A DNA stretch of 32,000 nt from Pseudomonas aeruginosa (GCF_001457615.1 NZ_LN831024.1:3090001-3122000), one strand, 5' to 3'. Counted from the first letter of the stretch, positions 9,210 to 17,719 are shown. Numbers and translations are program-made. Notes: generated from the sequence alone by a model not told the origin.

Positions 9210-9223
9210 GAATTAGACCAGTC
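9210..9223. promoter_or_regulatory. Putative TetR-family operator, copy 2 (GAATTAGACCAGTC, continuing GTCTA)
   Basis: Immediately upstream of the TetR gene; extended sequence TAGAC-cagtc-GTCTA is an inverted repeat. Confidence 0.65.
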
Positions 9224-9345
9224 GTCTAGAAACAATTCGAAGCCATGAGTATAGCGCCGACGGCAACTGCGCCGCTGTCGGGAACCGTGCGGAACGGACG
9301 CCGGTCCGGCGCCCGCCCCGCTCCGCGGATTTACCCCTCGCGGAC

Positions 9346-10599
9346 CTAGCAGGCCGCGACCGCCACGGCGGCAGGCTCCGGCTGGAAGCGCGCGGCGAGG
9401 AACGGCGCGATGTCCAGCGGCAGCGTCTCTTCGTGGACCAGCCGGTCGAGCAGCACACCGGTGATCGCCGACGTGAGGATGCCGGTGCGGAAATGCCCGC
9501 AGGCATTCAGGTAGCCCTCCACTTCAGCCACCGGACCGAGAATCGGCAGTTCGTCCGGCGAGCCCGGGCGCAGGCCGGCCCAGGTGCGCTTGAGGTTGAC
9601 CTGTTGCAGCTCCGGCACGCAACGCACCGCGCCCTGCACCAGGCCGGCGATTTCCGGGAAGGTGTTGCTGACGTCGAAGCCCTTGTCCTCGGTGGTGCTG
9701 CCGATCAGGATCTCGCCATTGTCCTTCTGCGCCATGTAGCAGTCGCTGGTGGTCAGGCAACCGTTCAGCAGTCGTGGCATGCGCTCGGTGAGGACGATCT
9801 GGCCCTTCACCGGCTTCACCGGGATGCGCCGGCCGGTGGCCATTTCGCTGAGTTCCGCGGCCCAGGCGCCGGCGGCGTTGATCAGGGTCCGGCAATGCAG
9901 CACCCCGGCATTGTCCGTGCGCACCCCGCTGATCCGCCGGCCCTGGCGCAGCACGCCAGTGACGTTGGTTCCCGGCAACAGCTCGACGCCGTTCTGGCGC
10001 GCCGCCTCCAGGTAGGCGTCGGCCAGGCGGAACGGGCTGACCTGGTGGTCGCAGAGGAATTCCAGCGCGCCGTGGGCCGCGTGGCTGACCGCCGGCTCGG
10101 CACGACGCAGTTCCTCGCGGTCCAGCCAGCGCACCTGCTCGGCCAGATGCGGGATCTGCGCCACGATGTGCTCGGCGTACTGGCGATCCTCGTCGTCCTG
10201 GATCACGTATTTCAGCCCGGTGCGCTCGAACTTGAAGTCCATCCCGTGGCGTTCGATCAGTTCTCGGTGCAGTTCCGGGTACAGCGCGTTGGATTGCAGG
10301 GCGAGGTCGAAGAACGCCGGCGGCAGGATGTGCGGCGTGCTCGCGTCCACCGCCACCGCCGCGCCCTGGGCCTCGCGCCGGTTGCGGGAGGACATCATGC
10401 GGAAGAAGATCACCCCGCAGCCCAGTCCCACCGATTCGCCGATGGCCCAGAGGCCGCCGGCCGAGGCGCGGGTGGCGTTGCCCGGTCGCTTGTCGTCGAC
10501 CACGGCGATGCGCAGGTTGCCGCGCCTGGACAGTTGGTAGGCGCAGGACGCGCCGATCACGCCGCCGCCGGCAATCACGATGTCATAGGTTCTGTTCAT
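9346..10599 (-). CDS. hcnC: Hydrogen cyanide synthase subunit C (FAD-dependent amine oxidase)
   Basis: 417 aa; N-terminal FAD motif DIVIAGGGVIGASCAYQLSRRG; third gene after hcnA/hcnB. Confidence 0.96.
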   Translation of the reverse strand: MNRTYDIVIAGGGVIGASCAYQLSRRGNLRIAVVDDKRPGNATRASAGGLWAIGESVGLGCGVIFFRMMSSRNRREAQGAAVAVDASTPHILPPAFFDLALQSNALYPELHRELIERHGMDFKFERTGLKYVIQDDEDRQYAEHIVAQIPHLAEQVRWLDREELRRAEPAVSHAAHGALEFLCDHQVSPFRLADAYLEAARQNGVELLPGTNVTGVLRQGRRISGVRTDNAGVLHCRTLINAAGAWAAELSEMATGRRIPVKPVKGQIVLTERMPRLLNGCLTTSDCYMAQKDNGEILIGSTTEDKGFDVSNTFPEIAGLVQGAVRCVPELQQVNLKRTWAGLRPGSPDELPILGPVAEVEGYLNACGHFRTGILTSAITGVLLDRLVHEETLPLDIAPFLAARFQPEPAAVAVAAC

Positions 10600-10601
10600 G
10601 T

Positions 10602-11996
10602 TCAGGCTTCCGTACCGAGGTTCTGGAATGCGGAAAACGGGATCGGATCGATCGGGAAACGCGGCCGCAGCCAGCCGACGTCGTGGCGTCCGGTGGCGCG
10701 GCGCAGGCGATCGCTGCAGTAGCCGATGCACATCCGCCCCTGGCAGTCGCCCATGCCGGCGCGGGTGCGCATCTTCAGCCCGGCGATGTCCTGCACGCCC
10801 TGTTCGAGCGCGCGCTCGATGTCGCCACGGGTGACCTGTTCGCAGCGGCAGATCACCGTATCGGCCCGCGCCAGTTCGACCTGGCGGGCGCCGCGCTGGG
10901 TGTAGCGCTCGACTCCGGCGCGGAAGCGCTTGATCGCCTCCAGGCGGGCGAGATGGGATTCTCGGCGTTCGATGGCCTCGGCGGGCGCGATGGCCTCGCG
11001 TTGCAGGAGGATCGACAAGGCCGCGATGCGCCCGCCGATCATCGCCGCCTCGCCGCCGCGGATACCCGCCATGTCGCCGGCCAGGTGGATGTGCGGTTGG
11101 CTGCTCTGCTGCCAGACGTTGCATTCCGCGCGCAGGTATCCGTCGTCGCTGAAGCCGTGCTCCAGACCCAACTGCTGGCTGAGCTGGGTGCGCGGGATGA
11201 AGCCATAGCCGACCGCCAGGGTGCTGGCCTTCACCGGTCGCGCGTTTTCCAGGTCGGGCCGCCACTCTTCGTCGTAGGGCGCCACCGTCACTTCCGTCAG
11301 TTCCCCCTCGCCGCTGGCCTCCACCACGCCCCAGCCATAGTGCAGCGGAATGCCGTTGAGCTTGAGATAGCCGAGCATGCTCAGGCCGTCGAGGAACAGT
11401 TGCGGCTTGTTCAGCAGCGCCAGGCTTTCCCTGGCCATGCGGCCGAACGCGCAGGCCTCGTAGACCCCGGCGACACGTACCCCGGCCGCATGCAGCTGGC
11501 AGGCCACCAGTGGCAGCAGCGGGCCGCTGCCGGCGATCAGGGTATCGCCCAGGGGCTTCACCACGCCGCTCTTGATCTGCAATTGCAGGCCGCCGAGGAG
11601 CATCACCCCGGGCAGGGTCCAGCCGGGGAACGGCACGCTGCGCTCATGGCAGCCGGTGGCCAGGAGCAGGTGCGAATACTCCACCTCGTGCAGCCGTTCC
11701 GCCTCGTCGAGGACCATCAGGTGCTGGCCGTCGCCACCGACCACGCGGCTGTTCAGGCGCAGGTCGATGTGCCCGGCGCAGGCGGAGAAATCGCGCCGCA
11801 GTTTTTCCAGCATCCGGGTGTAGCGCGCGCCGAGGTAGGCCGGATCGACGCCGGCCCGCAAGGGGCCGCGATAGACCACCCCGCCGGGACGCGAGGCCTC
11901 GTCGAAGAGGACGCAGGGGACCCCGCGCCTGGCCAGCTCGATGGCTGCGGCCATGCCGGCCGAGCCGCCGCCGACGATCACCGGGCGCAGGTTCAT
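10602..11996 (-). CDS. hcnB: Hydrogen cyanide synthase subunit B
   Basis: 464 aa; MNLRPVIVGGGSAGMAAAIELARRGVPCVLFDE; C-terminal Cys cluster CRCEQVTRG...CQGRMCIGYC. Confidence 0.96.
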   Translation of the reverse strand: MNLRPVIVGGGSAGMAAAIELARRGVPCVLFDEASRPGGVVYRGPLRAGVDPAYLGARYTRMLEKLRRDFSACAGHIDLRLNSRVVGGDGQHLMVLDEAERLHEVEYSHLLLATGCHERSVPFPGWTLPGVMLLGGLQLQIKSGVVKPLGDTLIAGSGPLLPLVACQLHAAGVRVAGVYEACAFGRMARESLALLNKPQLFLDGLSMLGYLKLNGIPLHYGWGVVEASGEGELTEVTVAPYDEEWRPDLENARPVKASTLAVGYGFIPRTQLSQQLGLEHGFSDDGYLRAECNVWQQSSQPHIHLAGDMAGIRGGEAAMIGGRIAALSILLQREAIAPAEAIERRESHLARLEAIKRFRAGVERYTQRGARQVELARADTVICRCEQVTRGDIERALEQGVQDIAGLKMRTRAGMGDCQGRMCIGYCSDRLRRATGRHDVGWLRPRFPIDPIPFSAFQNLGTEA

Positions 11997-12306
11997 GGCC
12001 GTTCCTCCTGGTCGAAGCGGTTGCTTTCGGTTTCCACCCGCATGCCCGGCCGGACGACGGTCTGGCAGGCGCGGCGCTTGGGCCGGCCGTCGATGGCGAC
12101 CAGGCAGCAGTGGCATACGCCCATGCCGCAGAAGGCGCCGCTGGCCTGGCCATGGTCGTTGCGCGCGAGCCGGCGCAGGCCCACGGCATTGAGCACGTTG
12201 AGCACGGTCTCACCGGCAGCCGCCGCGACGGCTGGCCATTGAGGTGGATGGTCATGTCTGCCCGCGAGAGGGGCTGGATATCGTGTTGACGTTCAAGAAG
12301 GTGCAT
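11993..12306 (-). pseudogene. hcnA: Hydrogen cyanide synthase subunit A (2Fe-2S), disrupted by an apparent 1-nt deletion
   Basis: Frame 1 encodes MHLLERQHDIQPLSRADMTIHLNGQP then shifts to SRRLPVRPC...; the other frame resumes the ferredoxin-like sequence AAAGETVLNVLNAVGLRRLARNDHGQASGAFCGMGVCHCCLVAIDGRPKRRACQ... 314 nt plus one restored base gives 105 codons. Confidence 0.88.
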
Positions 12307-12371
12307 TGCCCTTTCATCCGTGAGAGAGAGTCGGGAGCCGGCGACACTAGGAGTCGGGCCGGGCGCGGACA

Positions 12372-12385
12372 TTGATCCATGACAG
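12372..12385 (-). promoter_or_regulatory. Putative ANR/FNR-type box (half-conserved) in the hcn promoter
   Basis: + strand TTGATccatGACAG versus consensus TTGATnnnnATCAA; one perfect half-site upstream of hcnA, which is known to be ANR-regulated. Confidence 0.55.
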
Positions 12386-12398
12386 GTGGGTATCTTCC

Positions 12399-12416
12399 CC
12401 TGCCAATTCTGGTAGG
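12399..12416 (-). promoter_or_regulatory. LasR/RhlR-type lux box of the hcn promoter
   Basis: CCTGCCAATTCTGGTAGG; dyad CTGCCA/TGGTAG; matches the known class of hcnA quorum-sensing elements. Confidence 0.8.
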
Positions 12417-12503
12417 TGGGGTGCAGGCGTTCGCGCGGAAAAGTCGAACCCGCGCCTACCCCAGGGTGCCAAGCAGCAAAGCCGGCTCACCCGTGGAGGC
12501 CCC

Positions 12504-12700
12504 ATGCTGCAATCCTTCCAGCCGCCCTGGTGGAACGCGCGGTGATCTACCAGGTCTACCCGCGTTCGTTCACCGACAGCGACGGTGACCTGCCCGGCCT
12601 GGTCGCGCGCCTGGACCACCTGCGCCGCCTTGGCGGCGACGCCCTCTGGCCGTCACCGGTGTATCGCTCGCCCGACCCCGGCGCTGCCGCCGCAGATCGC
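12504..12700 (+). pseudogene. 5' remnant of a GH13 family (trehalose synthase/alpha-glucosidase-like) gene
   Basis: [10 protein letters not shown] in one frame followed by [45 protein letters not shown] in another; the rest of the enzyme is absent. Confidence 0.8.
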
Positions 12701-12728
12701 CACCACCCGTCGTTCCGTCATGTCCGAC

Positions 12729-13142
12729 TCAGTGCGCGCGGGCCACGCCGCGCAAGAGGTTGGCGCTGAGCTTGTCGGTGTTGCAGGTCGCGATGTTGGC
12801 CAGCGAGACGATGCCTACCAGGCGCTTGTTGCGATCCATTACCGGCAAGCGGCGCTTCTCCAGTTGCGCCATGTTCTTCGTCACATGGTCCACTTCCTCG
12901 TCCTCGAAGCAGTAGCGCAGTTCACCGCTCATCACCTCGCGCACCGGGCGGTCGGCTCCGAGTCCATCGGCGAGGCCGCGCACCGCCAGGTCGCGGTCGG
13001 TGACCACGCCGGTCAGGCGCTCGCCCTCGTTGACCAGCAAGGCGCCGATATCGGCTTGGCGCATCAGCAGCGCCGCCTCGCCGAGGGTGGTCTGGGGGGT
13101 GACGGTACGTACTTCGCGACTCATGATTTCCCGGACTTTCAT
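12729..13142 (-). CDS. Tandem CBS-domain protein
   Basis: [56 protein letters not shown]...; two CBS motifs. Confidence 0.93.
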   Translation of the reverse strand: MKVREIMSREVRTVTPQTTLGEAALLMRQADIGALLVNEGERLTGVVTDRDLAVRGLADGLGADRPVREVMSGELRYCFEDEEVDHVTKNMAQLEKRRLPVMDRNKRLVGIVSLANIATCNTDKLSANLLRGVARAH

Positions 13143-13284
13143 CGTTCTGTCTCCTTCTTCCGGCGCGCCGTTTTCGGCGCGGCTCTCCCTGCTTGTGAAT
13201 CGCCCGCATACGGGGAGTTCGAAGTTTCTTCCCGGCGTCGCAGCCATCTACCTAGCGCTCGCGCGGGCAGCGTGCGGAAAACAA

Positions 13285-13335
13285 AAAATTTGCCCGCGTT
13301 TTCTGATATCTCGCCGCTGCCCGGATTCTTATTCT
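13285..13335 (+). promoter_or_regulatory. Putative ExsA-dependent type III secretion promoter for exoY
   Basis: A-rich tract from 13283, C at 13297, TGATA at 13304-13308, then 21 nt to a -10 like TATTCT at 13330-13335; agrees with the ExsA architecture (A-run, TGnnA, 21-22 bp, TAnnnT). Confidence 0.7.
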
Positions 13336-13370
13336 CGACTCCTTCTTTGGCATATGCGGGAAAACGAACC

Positions 13371-14507
13371 ATGCGTATCGACGGTCATCGTCAGGTGGTT
13401 TCTAACGCAACGGCACAGCCCGGACCGCTACTGCGCCCTGCGGATATGCAGGCACGGGCTCTACAGGACCTGTTCGATGCGCAGGGGGTGGGGGTTCCCG
13501 TCGAACATGCCTTGCGCATGCAGGCGGTGGCCAGGCAGACGAATACCGTCTTTGGCATTCGCCCGGTTGAAAGAATCGTCACCACGCTGATCGAAGAGGG
13601 TTTCCCGACCAAGGGCTTCTCGGTGAAGGAGAAAAGCTCGAACTGGGGTCCGCAGGCGGGGTTCATCTGTGTCGACCAGCATCTCAGCAAGCGGGAAGAC
13701 CGCGACACGGCGGAAATACGCAAGCTGAACCTGGCTGTGGCGAAGGGAATGGATGGCGGAGCCTATACCCAGACCGACCTGCGGATCTCTCGGCAACGCC
13801 TTGCGGAGCTGGTGCGGAATTTCGGCCTGGTGGCAGACGGTGTCGGGCCGGTTCGCCTCCTGACCGCGCAGGGCCCCAGCGGCAAACGCTATGAGTTCGA
13901 AGCCCGCCAGGAGCCGGACGGTCTCTACAGGATCAGCCGCCTGGGGCGGTCGGAAGCGGTGCAGGTACTGGCCAGCCCGGCTTGCGGGCTGGCGATGACC
14001 GCCGATTATGACCTCTTCCTGGTAGCGCCCTCGATCGAGGCGCATGGCAGTGGTGGTCTCGATGCAAGAAGGAATACCGCGGTCAGATACACCCCCCTCG
14101 GTGCAAAGGATCCCCTGAGCGAGGACGGATTCTATGGCAGGGAGGATATGGCCAGGGGAAACATCACTCCGCGCACGCGGCAACTGGTGGACGCCCTCAA
14201 TGACTGCCTGGGCCGGGGGGAGCACAGGGAGATGTTTCACCACAGCGACGATGCGGGCAACCCAGGCTCCCATATGGGTGACAACTTCCCGGCCACCTTC
14301 TACCTTCCCCGGGCCATGGAGCATCGGGTCGGAGAAGAGTCCGTTCGCTTCGACGAGGTCTGCGTGGTGGCGGATCGGAAGAGCTTTTCCTTGCTGGTCG
14401 AGTGCATCAAGGGCAACGGCTATCACTTCACCGCCCATCCCGACTGGAACGTGCCGCTGCGGCCCAGCTTCCAGGAGGCGCTCGACTTTTTCCAACGTAA
14501 GGTCTGA
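13371..14507 (+). CDS. exoY: Type III secreted nucleotidyl cyclase effector ExoY, full length (378 aa)
   Basis: Protein matches ExoY as I know it (MRIDGHRQVVSNATAQPGPLLRPADMQARALQDLF...); edema factor/CyaA-like segments such as GFPTKGFSVKEKSSNWGPQAGFI and TADYDLFLVAPS. Confidence 0.96.
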   Translation: MRIDGHRQVVSNATAQPGPLLRPADMQARALQDLFDAQGVGVPVEHALRMQAVARQTNTVFGIRPVERIVTTLIEEGFPTKGFSVKEKSSNWGPQAGFICVDQHLSKREDRDTAEIRKLNLAVAKGMDGGAYTQTDLRISRQRLAELVRNFGLVADGVGPVRLLTAQGPSGKRYEFEARQEPDGLYRISRLGRSEAVQVLASPACGLAMTADYDLFLVAPSIEAHGSGGLDARRNTAVRYTPLGAKDPLSEDGFYGREDMARGNITPRTRQLVDALNDCLGRGEHREMFHHSDDAGNPGSHMGDNFPATFYLPRAMEHRVGEESVRFDEVCVVADRKSFSLLVECIKGNGYHFTAHPDWNVPLRPSFQEALDFFQRKV

Positions 14508-14620
14508 TGCGCAAAGGTCGTTGGCAAAGCCCGCTTTCCCCGGCGGCATGGGCATCCTGCCGCCTGTTCGAACGGGACTTTCCGAAGCCCCGGACCGGCT
14601 CTCTTCGGCCGATGTGAAAA

Positions 14621-14646
14621 CGGCGCATCCCGTTGGGGATGCGCCG
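14621..14646 (-). terminator. Rho-independent terminator of the KGG-repeat gene
   Basis: Perfect 11-bp stem CGGCGCATCCC-gttg-GGGATGCGCCG; T-run on the minus strand after the stem. Confidence 0.85.
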
Positions 14647-14669
14647 TACGCTTCAGCGGTTCGGCACGG

Positions 14670-15014
14670 TCAGGACGAGCGTCCGCCGCCGTGGCTGTGC
14701 TGGCCACCCTTGCGTCCTGCCTCGGAGGCCTTTTCCCGATCGTTGGCGAAGTTCCCGCCGCTCTGCTGGCCGCCCTTGCGGCCCGCCTCGGCGGCTCTTT
14801 CCGGGTCATTGGCGAAATTGCCTCCGCTCTGCTGGCCACCCTTGCGCCCGGCTTCGGCGGCGCGCTGCGGGTCATTGGCGAAGTTGCCGCCGCTGGCCTG
14901 GCCACCCTTGTGGCCGATCTCCTGGTAGAACTCCTTGCCGTGGCTCCTGGAGGTAGCTGCGCCGCCTTTCTGCCCGGCTTCGCTGGTGCTCATGCCTTGT
15001 CGTTTGTCGGTCAT
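14670..15014 (-). CDS. KGG/con-10-like stress-induced repeat protein (114 aa)
   Basis: Repeated KGGQ.SGGNFANDPERAAEAGR units; similar to E. coli YciG and fungal con-10. Confidence 0.9.
   Translation of the reverse strand: MTDKRQGMSTSEAGQKGGAATSRSHGKEFYQEIGHKGGQASGGNFANDPQRAAEAGRKGGQQSGGNFANDPERAAEAGRKGGQQSGGNFANDREKASEAGRKGGQHSHGGGRSS
14712..14909 (-). repeat. Three in-frame 66-bp (22-aa) tandem coding repeats
   Basis: KGGQASGGNFANDPQRAAEAGR / KGGQQSGGNFANDPERAAEAGR / KGGQQSGGNFANDREKASEAGR. Confidence 0.9.
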
Positions 15015-15189
15015 GCTCGTGTCCTCCTCTCGAGGGTTGAAAGGGATGCGGCGTTTTTCGCCGCGTGCACTTACTCCGAAGGCTTGCGCGATGGATCGTT
15101 CAAACTCTTTGCGGGCGCCCTGGGACGAAAAAATCATTAGCCGATCCAAGGCCTTCCGCTTGCCGGAATATGCTGGGCGGCGCGGGAAA

Positions 15190-15744
15190 CTAAGAATGGA
15201 TACTCCACTGGCAGGCGGCAGCGGGTATAGGTGAATCGTCCACCGTATGGATCAGTCCGCAAGCCAGGGCGTCTTCCGGACCGAGGATGCGCGGATAGGC
15301 CATCAGGTAGCGCGGGATGTCCAGGCGTTCCGGCGCATCACGGGTGTTCTCGGCGACGATCCGGGCGTAAAGCTCCAGGTCGTAGTCGAGGCTCATCGCA
15401 TATTCCGCCATCCGCGCATGGTCCACCGCGCCATGCAGGGTCCAGTGGAAAGGATGGAACAGGAACTTGCTGTGGGCACTGGCGCTGCGTCGCTCGCCGG
15501 CGAGGAACAGGATGTTGCCCATCGACTCGACGGTACCCAGGTTGTGGGTATGTATCGGCACCGGCAGCGCGCGCAGGAAGTTGTACAGGGTAAAGCCGTA
15601 GCTGCACTCCCCGCCCATGGTGGCGATGTTGATCCGCAACTCCTCGGCCTCCTGTTGCAGGACCTTGGCGCAAGTGTTGATCAGATTGCCGCAGGTGGAC
15701 GAATTGATCGGCCCGGTGAAATGGATGATGTGCTGCTTGGACAT
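15190..15744 (-). CDS. Stand-alone ClpP-like serine protease (crotonase fold)
   Basis: 184 aa; INIATMGGECSYGFTLYNFLRALP, GTVESMGNILFLAG (nucleophile Ser), SKFLFHPFHW (His). Confidence 0.88.
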   Translation of the reverse strand: MSKQHIIHFTGPINSSTCGNLINTCAKVLQQEAEELRINIATMGGECSYGFTLYNFLRALPVPIHTHNLGTVESMGNILFLAGERRSASAHSKFLFHPFHWTLHGAVDHARMAEYAMSLDYDLELYARIVAENTRDAPERLDIPRYLMAYPRILGPEDALACGLIHTVDDSPIPAAACQWSIHS

Positions 15745-16003
15745 GCTCGCCTCTCTTTCCGTATCGGTTCCTCGACGGTCTGCACGGGTTTCCCTACAGA
15801 GGATTGCCGTACGTCCGCCGTGAGCCATCGTCGCGACGAATGGCACCCAGGGAGCGAGGGCCTGCGTTCCTCGCCGGCCTCCACGACTCAACGTGGTGCA
15901 GTGGCCTCCGGGGGCCGGTATCGAGCGCCACCCATCCCGCCGAATGAACTCCGGTGCTGCTGCGCACGCCCCACCTGCACGACCCACAGCCAGGAGCAAT
16001 GCC

Positions 16004-17170
16004 ATGCGCGCCCTCACCTTCCACGGCAGCCACGATGTCCGTATCGATCGGGTTGCCGAACCGCGCCTGCAGGAACCCGACGACCTGCTGCTTCGCGTGA
16101 CCGCCACCGCCATCTGCGGCTCCGACCTACATCTCTACCGGGGCAAGATCCCGATGGTCGAGCAGGGCGACATCCTCGGCCACGAGTTCATGGGCGTCGT
16201 CGAGGAAGTCGGCTCGGCCGTGACCGCGGTGCGTCCGGGCGACCGGGTGGTGGTGCCCTTCGTCATCGCCTGCGGCGAGTGCTTCTTCTGCCGCCTGAAC
16301 CTGCACGCCGCCTGCGAGACCACCAACCCGGGGCGCGGCGCGATCCTCAACAAGAAGCAGATTCCGCCGGGCGCGGCGCTCTATGGCTACAGCCACCTGT
16401 ACGGCGGCGTGCCGGGTGGCCAGGCCGAATACGTTCGGGTGCCCAAGGCCAACAGCGGGCCTTTCGTGATTCCCGACGTAATGGAAGACGAACGCGTGCT
16501 GTTCCTCAGCGACATCCTCCCCACCGGCTACCAGGCGGTGCGCAATGCCGGCGTCCGCCAGGGCAGTAGCGTGGCGATCTACGGCGCCGGCCCGGTCGGC
16601 CTGATGGCCGCCGCCTGCGCGCGGATGTTGGGCGCCGAGCGGATCTTCATCGTCGACCACCATCCCTACCGGCTGGACTTCGCCGCGCGCTCCTACGGTG
16701 CGATTCCCATCGACTTCGACCAGGAGGACGATCCCGCCGCGGCGATCATCGAGCGCACCGACGGGCACCGCGGCGTCGACGCGGTGATCGACGCGGTGGG
16801 CTTCGAGGCCAAGGGCAGCGTCACCGAAACCGTGCTCACCGCGCTCAAGCTCGAAGCCAGCAGCGGCAAGGCACTACGCCAGTGCATCGCGGCTGTCCGG
16901 CGGGGTGGCACAGTGAGCGTGCCGGGCGTGTATGCCGGCTTCATCCATGGCTTCCTGTTCGGCGATGCCTTCGACAAGGGCTTGACCTTCAAGATGGGCC
17001 AGACCCATGTACAGGCACTGCTGCCGGCCTTGCTCGAACACATCGGCAACGGCGACCTGCATCCCGAGGCGATCATCAGCCACCGCCTGCGTCTGGACGA
17101 CGCACCGGAGGGCTACGCCCTGTTCGACGAAAAACGCGAGGATTGCCGCAAGGTCGTCCTGCGCCCATGA
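16004..17170 (+). CDS. Zinc-dependent alcohol dehydrogenase (glutathione-independent formaldehyde dehydrogenase-like MDR)
   Basis: [78 protein letters not shown]. Confidence 0.93.
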   Translation: MRALTFHGSHDVRIDRVAEPRLQEPDDLLLRVTATAICGSDLHLYRGKIPMVEQGDILGHEFMGVVEEVGSAVTAVRPGDRVVVPFVIACGECFFCRLNLHAACETTNPGRGAILNKKQIPPGAALYGYSHLYGGVPGGQAEYVRVPKANSGPFVIPDVMEDERVLFLSDILPTGYQAVRNAGVRQGSSVAIYGAGPVGLMAAACARMLGAERIFIVDHHPYRLDFAARSYGAIPIDFDQEDDPAAAIIERTDGHRGVDAVIDAVGFEAKGSVTETVLTALKLEASSGKALRQCIAAVRRGGTVSVPGVYAGFIHGFLFGDAFDKGLTFKMGQTHVQALLPALLEHIGNGDLHPEAIISHRLRLDDAPEGYALFDEKREDCRKVVLRP

Positions 17171-17189
17171 GCCATCGCGGCGCGGCGGT

Positions 17190-17615
17190 TCAGTCGGCGC
17201 GCCGTCGCTCCTCGCCGCATCCGCACTGGCGCTCTTCCTCGGCGGCGACGCTTTCCGGCGTCTCGCCGTCCTGCTCGCCCATGTGCTGGTAGCGCTGACG
17301 CAGTTCGCGAAGGGTATCGGCGTCCAGGTCGTCCAGACCGAGCAGCGCATTGTGGGCACGTCGGGTGCTGCGCAACAGTTCGTCGATCTTGATATGCAGC
17401 GCGTCGGTATCGCGGTTCTGGGTGTTCTGGATGAGGAAGACCATGAGGAAGGTGACAATGGTGGTCGAGGTATTGATCACCAGTTGCCAGGTATCGTTGA
17501 AGTCGAAGAACGGCCCGCTGATCGCCCACAACAGGATCAATCCGAGGGCAACGACGAAGGTTGGCGGGCGGCCGGCCCAGTTGGACAGGCGTTGGGCGAA
17601 ACGGGAAAAACTCAT
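17190..17615 (-). CDS. Low-affinity iron permease-like small membrane protein
   Basis: FSRFAQRLSNWAGRPPTFVVALGLILLWAISGPFFDFNDTWQLVINTSTTIVTFLMVFLIQNTQNRDTDALHIKIDELLR. Confidence 0.85.
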   Translation of the reverse strand: MSFSRFAQRLSNWAGRPPTFVVALGLILLWAISGPFFDFNDTWQLVINTSTTIVTFLMVFLIQNTQNRDTDALHIKIDELLRSTRRAHNALLGLDDLDADTLRELRQRYQHMGEQDGETPESVAAEEERQCGCGEERRRAD

Positions 17616-17719
17616 GGCGGCGGACTCCCTGCTGCATTCTCCCTACTGATGACCGCCCGCCCCGCCGGGCTTTCCAACGACCGGACGAAATGACCGGCGC
17701 CCTGCGGGCGCCGGCGACT

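Noticed and set aside
9346-11265. 639-aa extended form of HcnC
   Set aside because: The N-terminal extension is out-of-frame hcnB sequence; the genuine start is ATG at 10599 (MNRTYDIVIAGGG), giving the expected 417 aa.
10683-12242. 519-aa plus-strand ORF opposite hcnAB
   Set aside because: Antisense open frame typical of high-GC DNA; low-complexity, Gln/Ala/Gly/His-rich translation with no domain; hcnB and hcnA are clearly encoded on the other strand.
14712-14909. Regular 66-bp repeats as a possible CRISPR array
   Set aside because: Repeats are contiguous without unique spacers and encode in-frame KGG units; no cas genes nearby.
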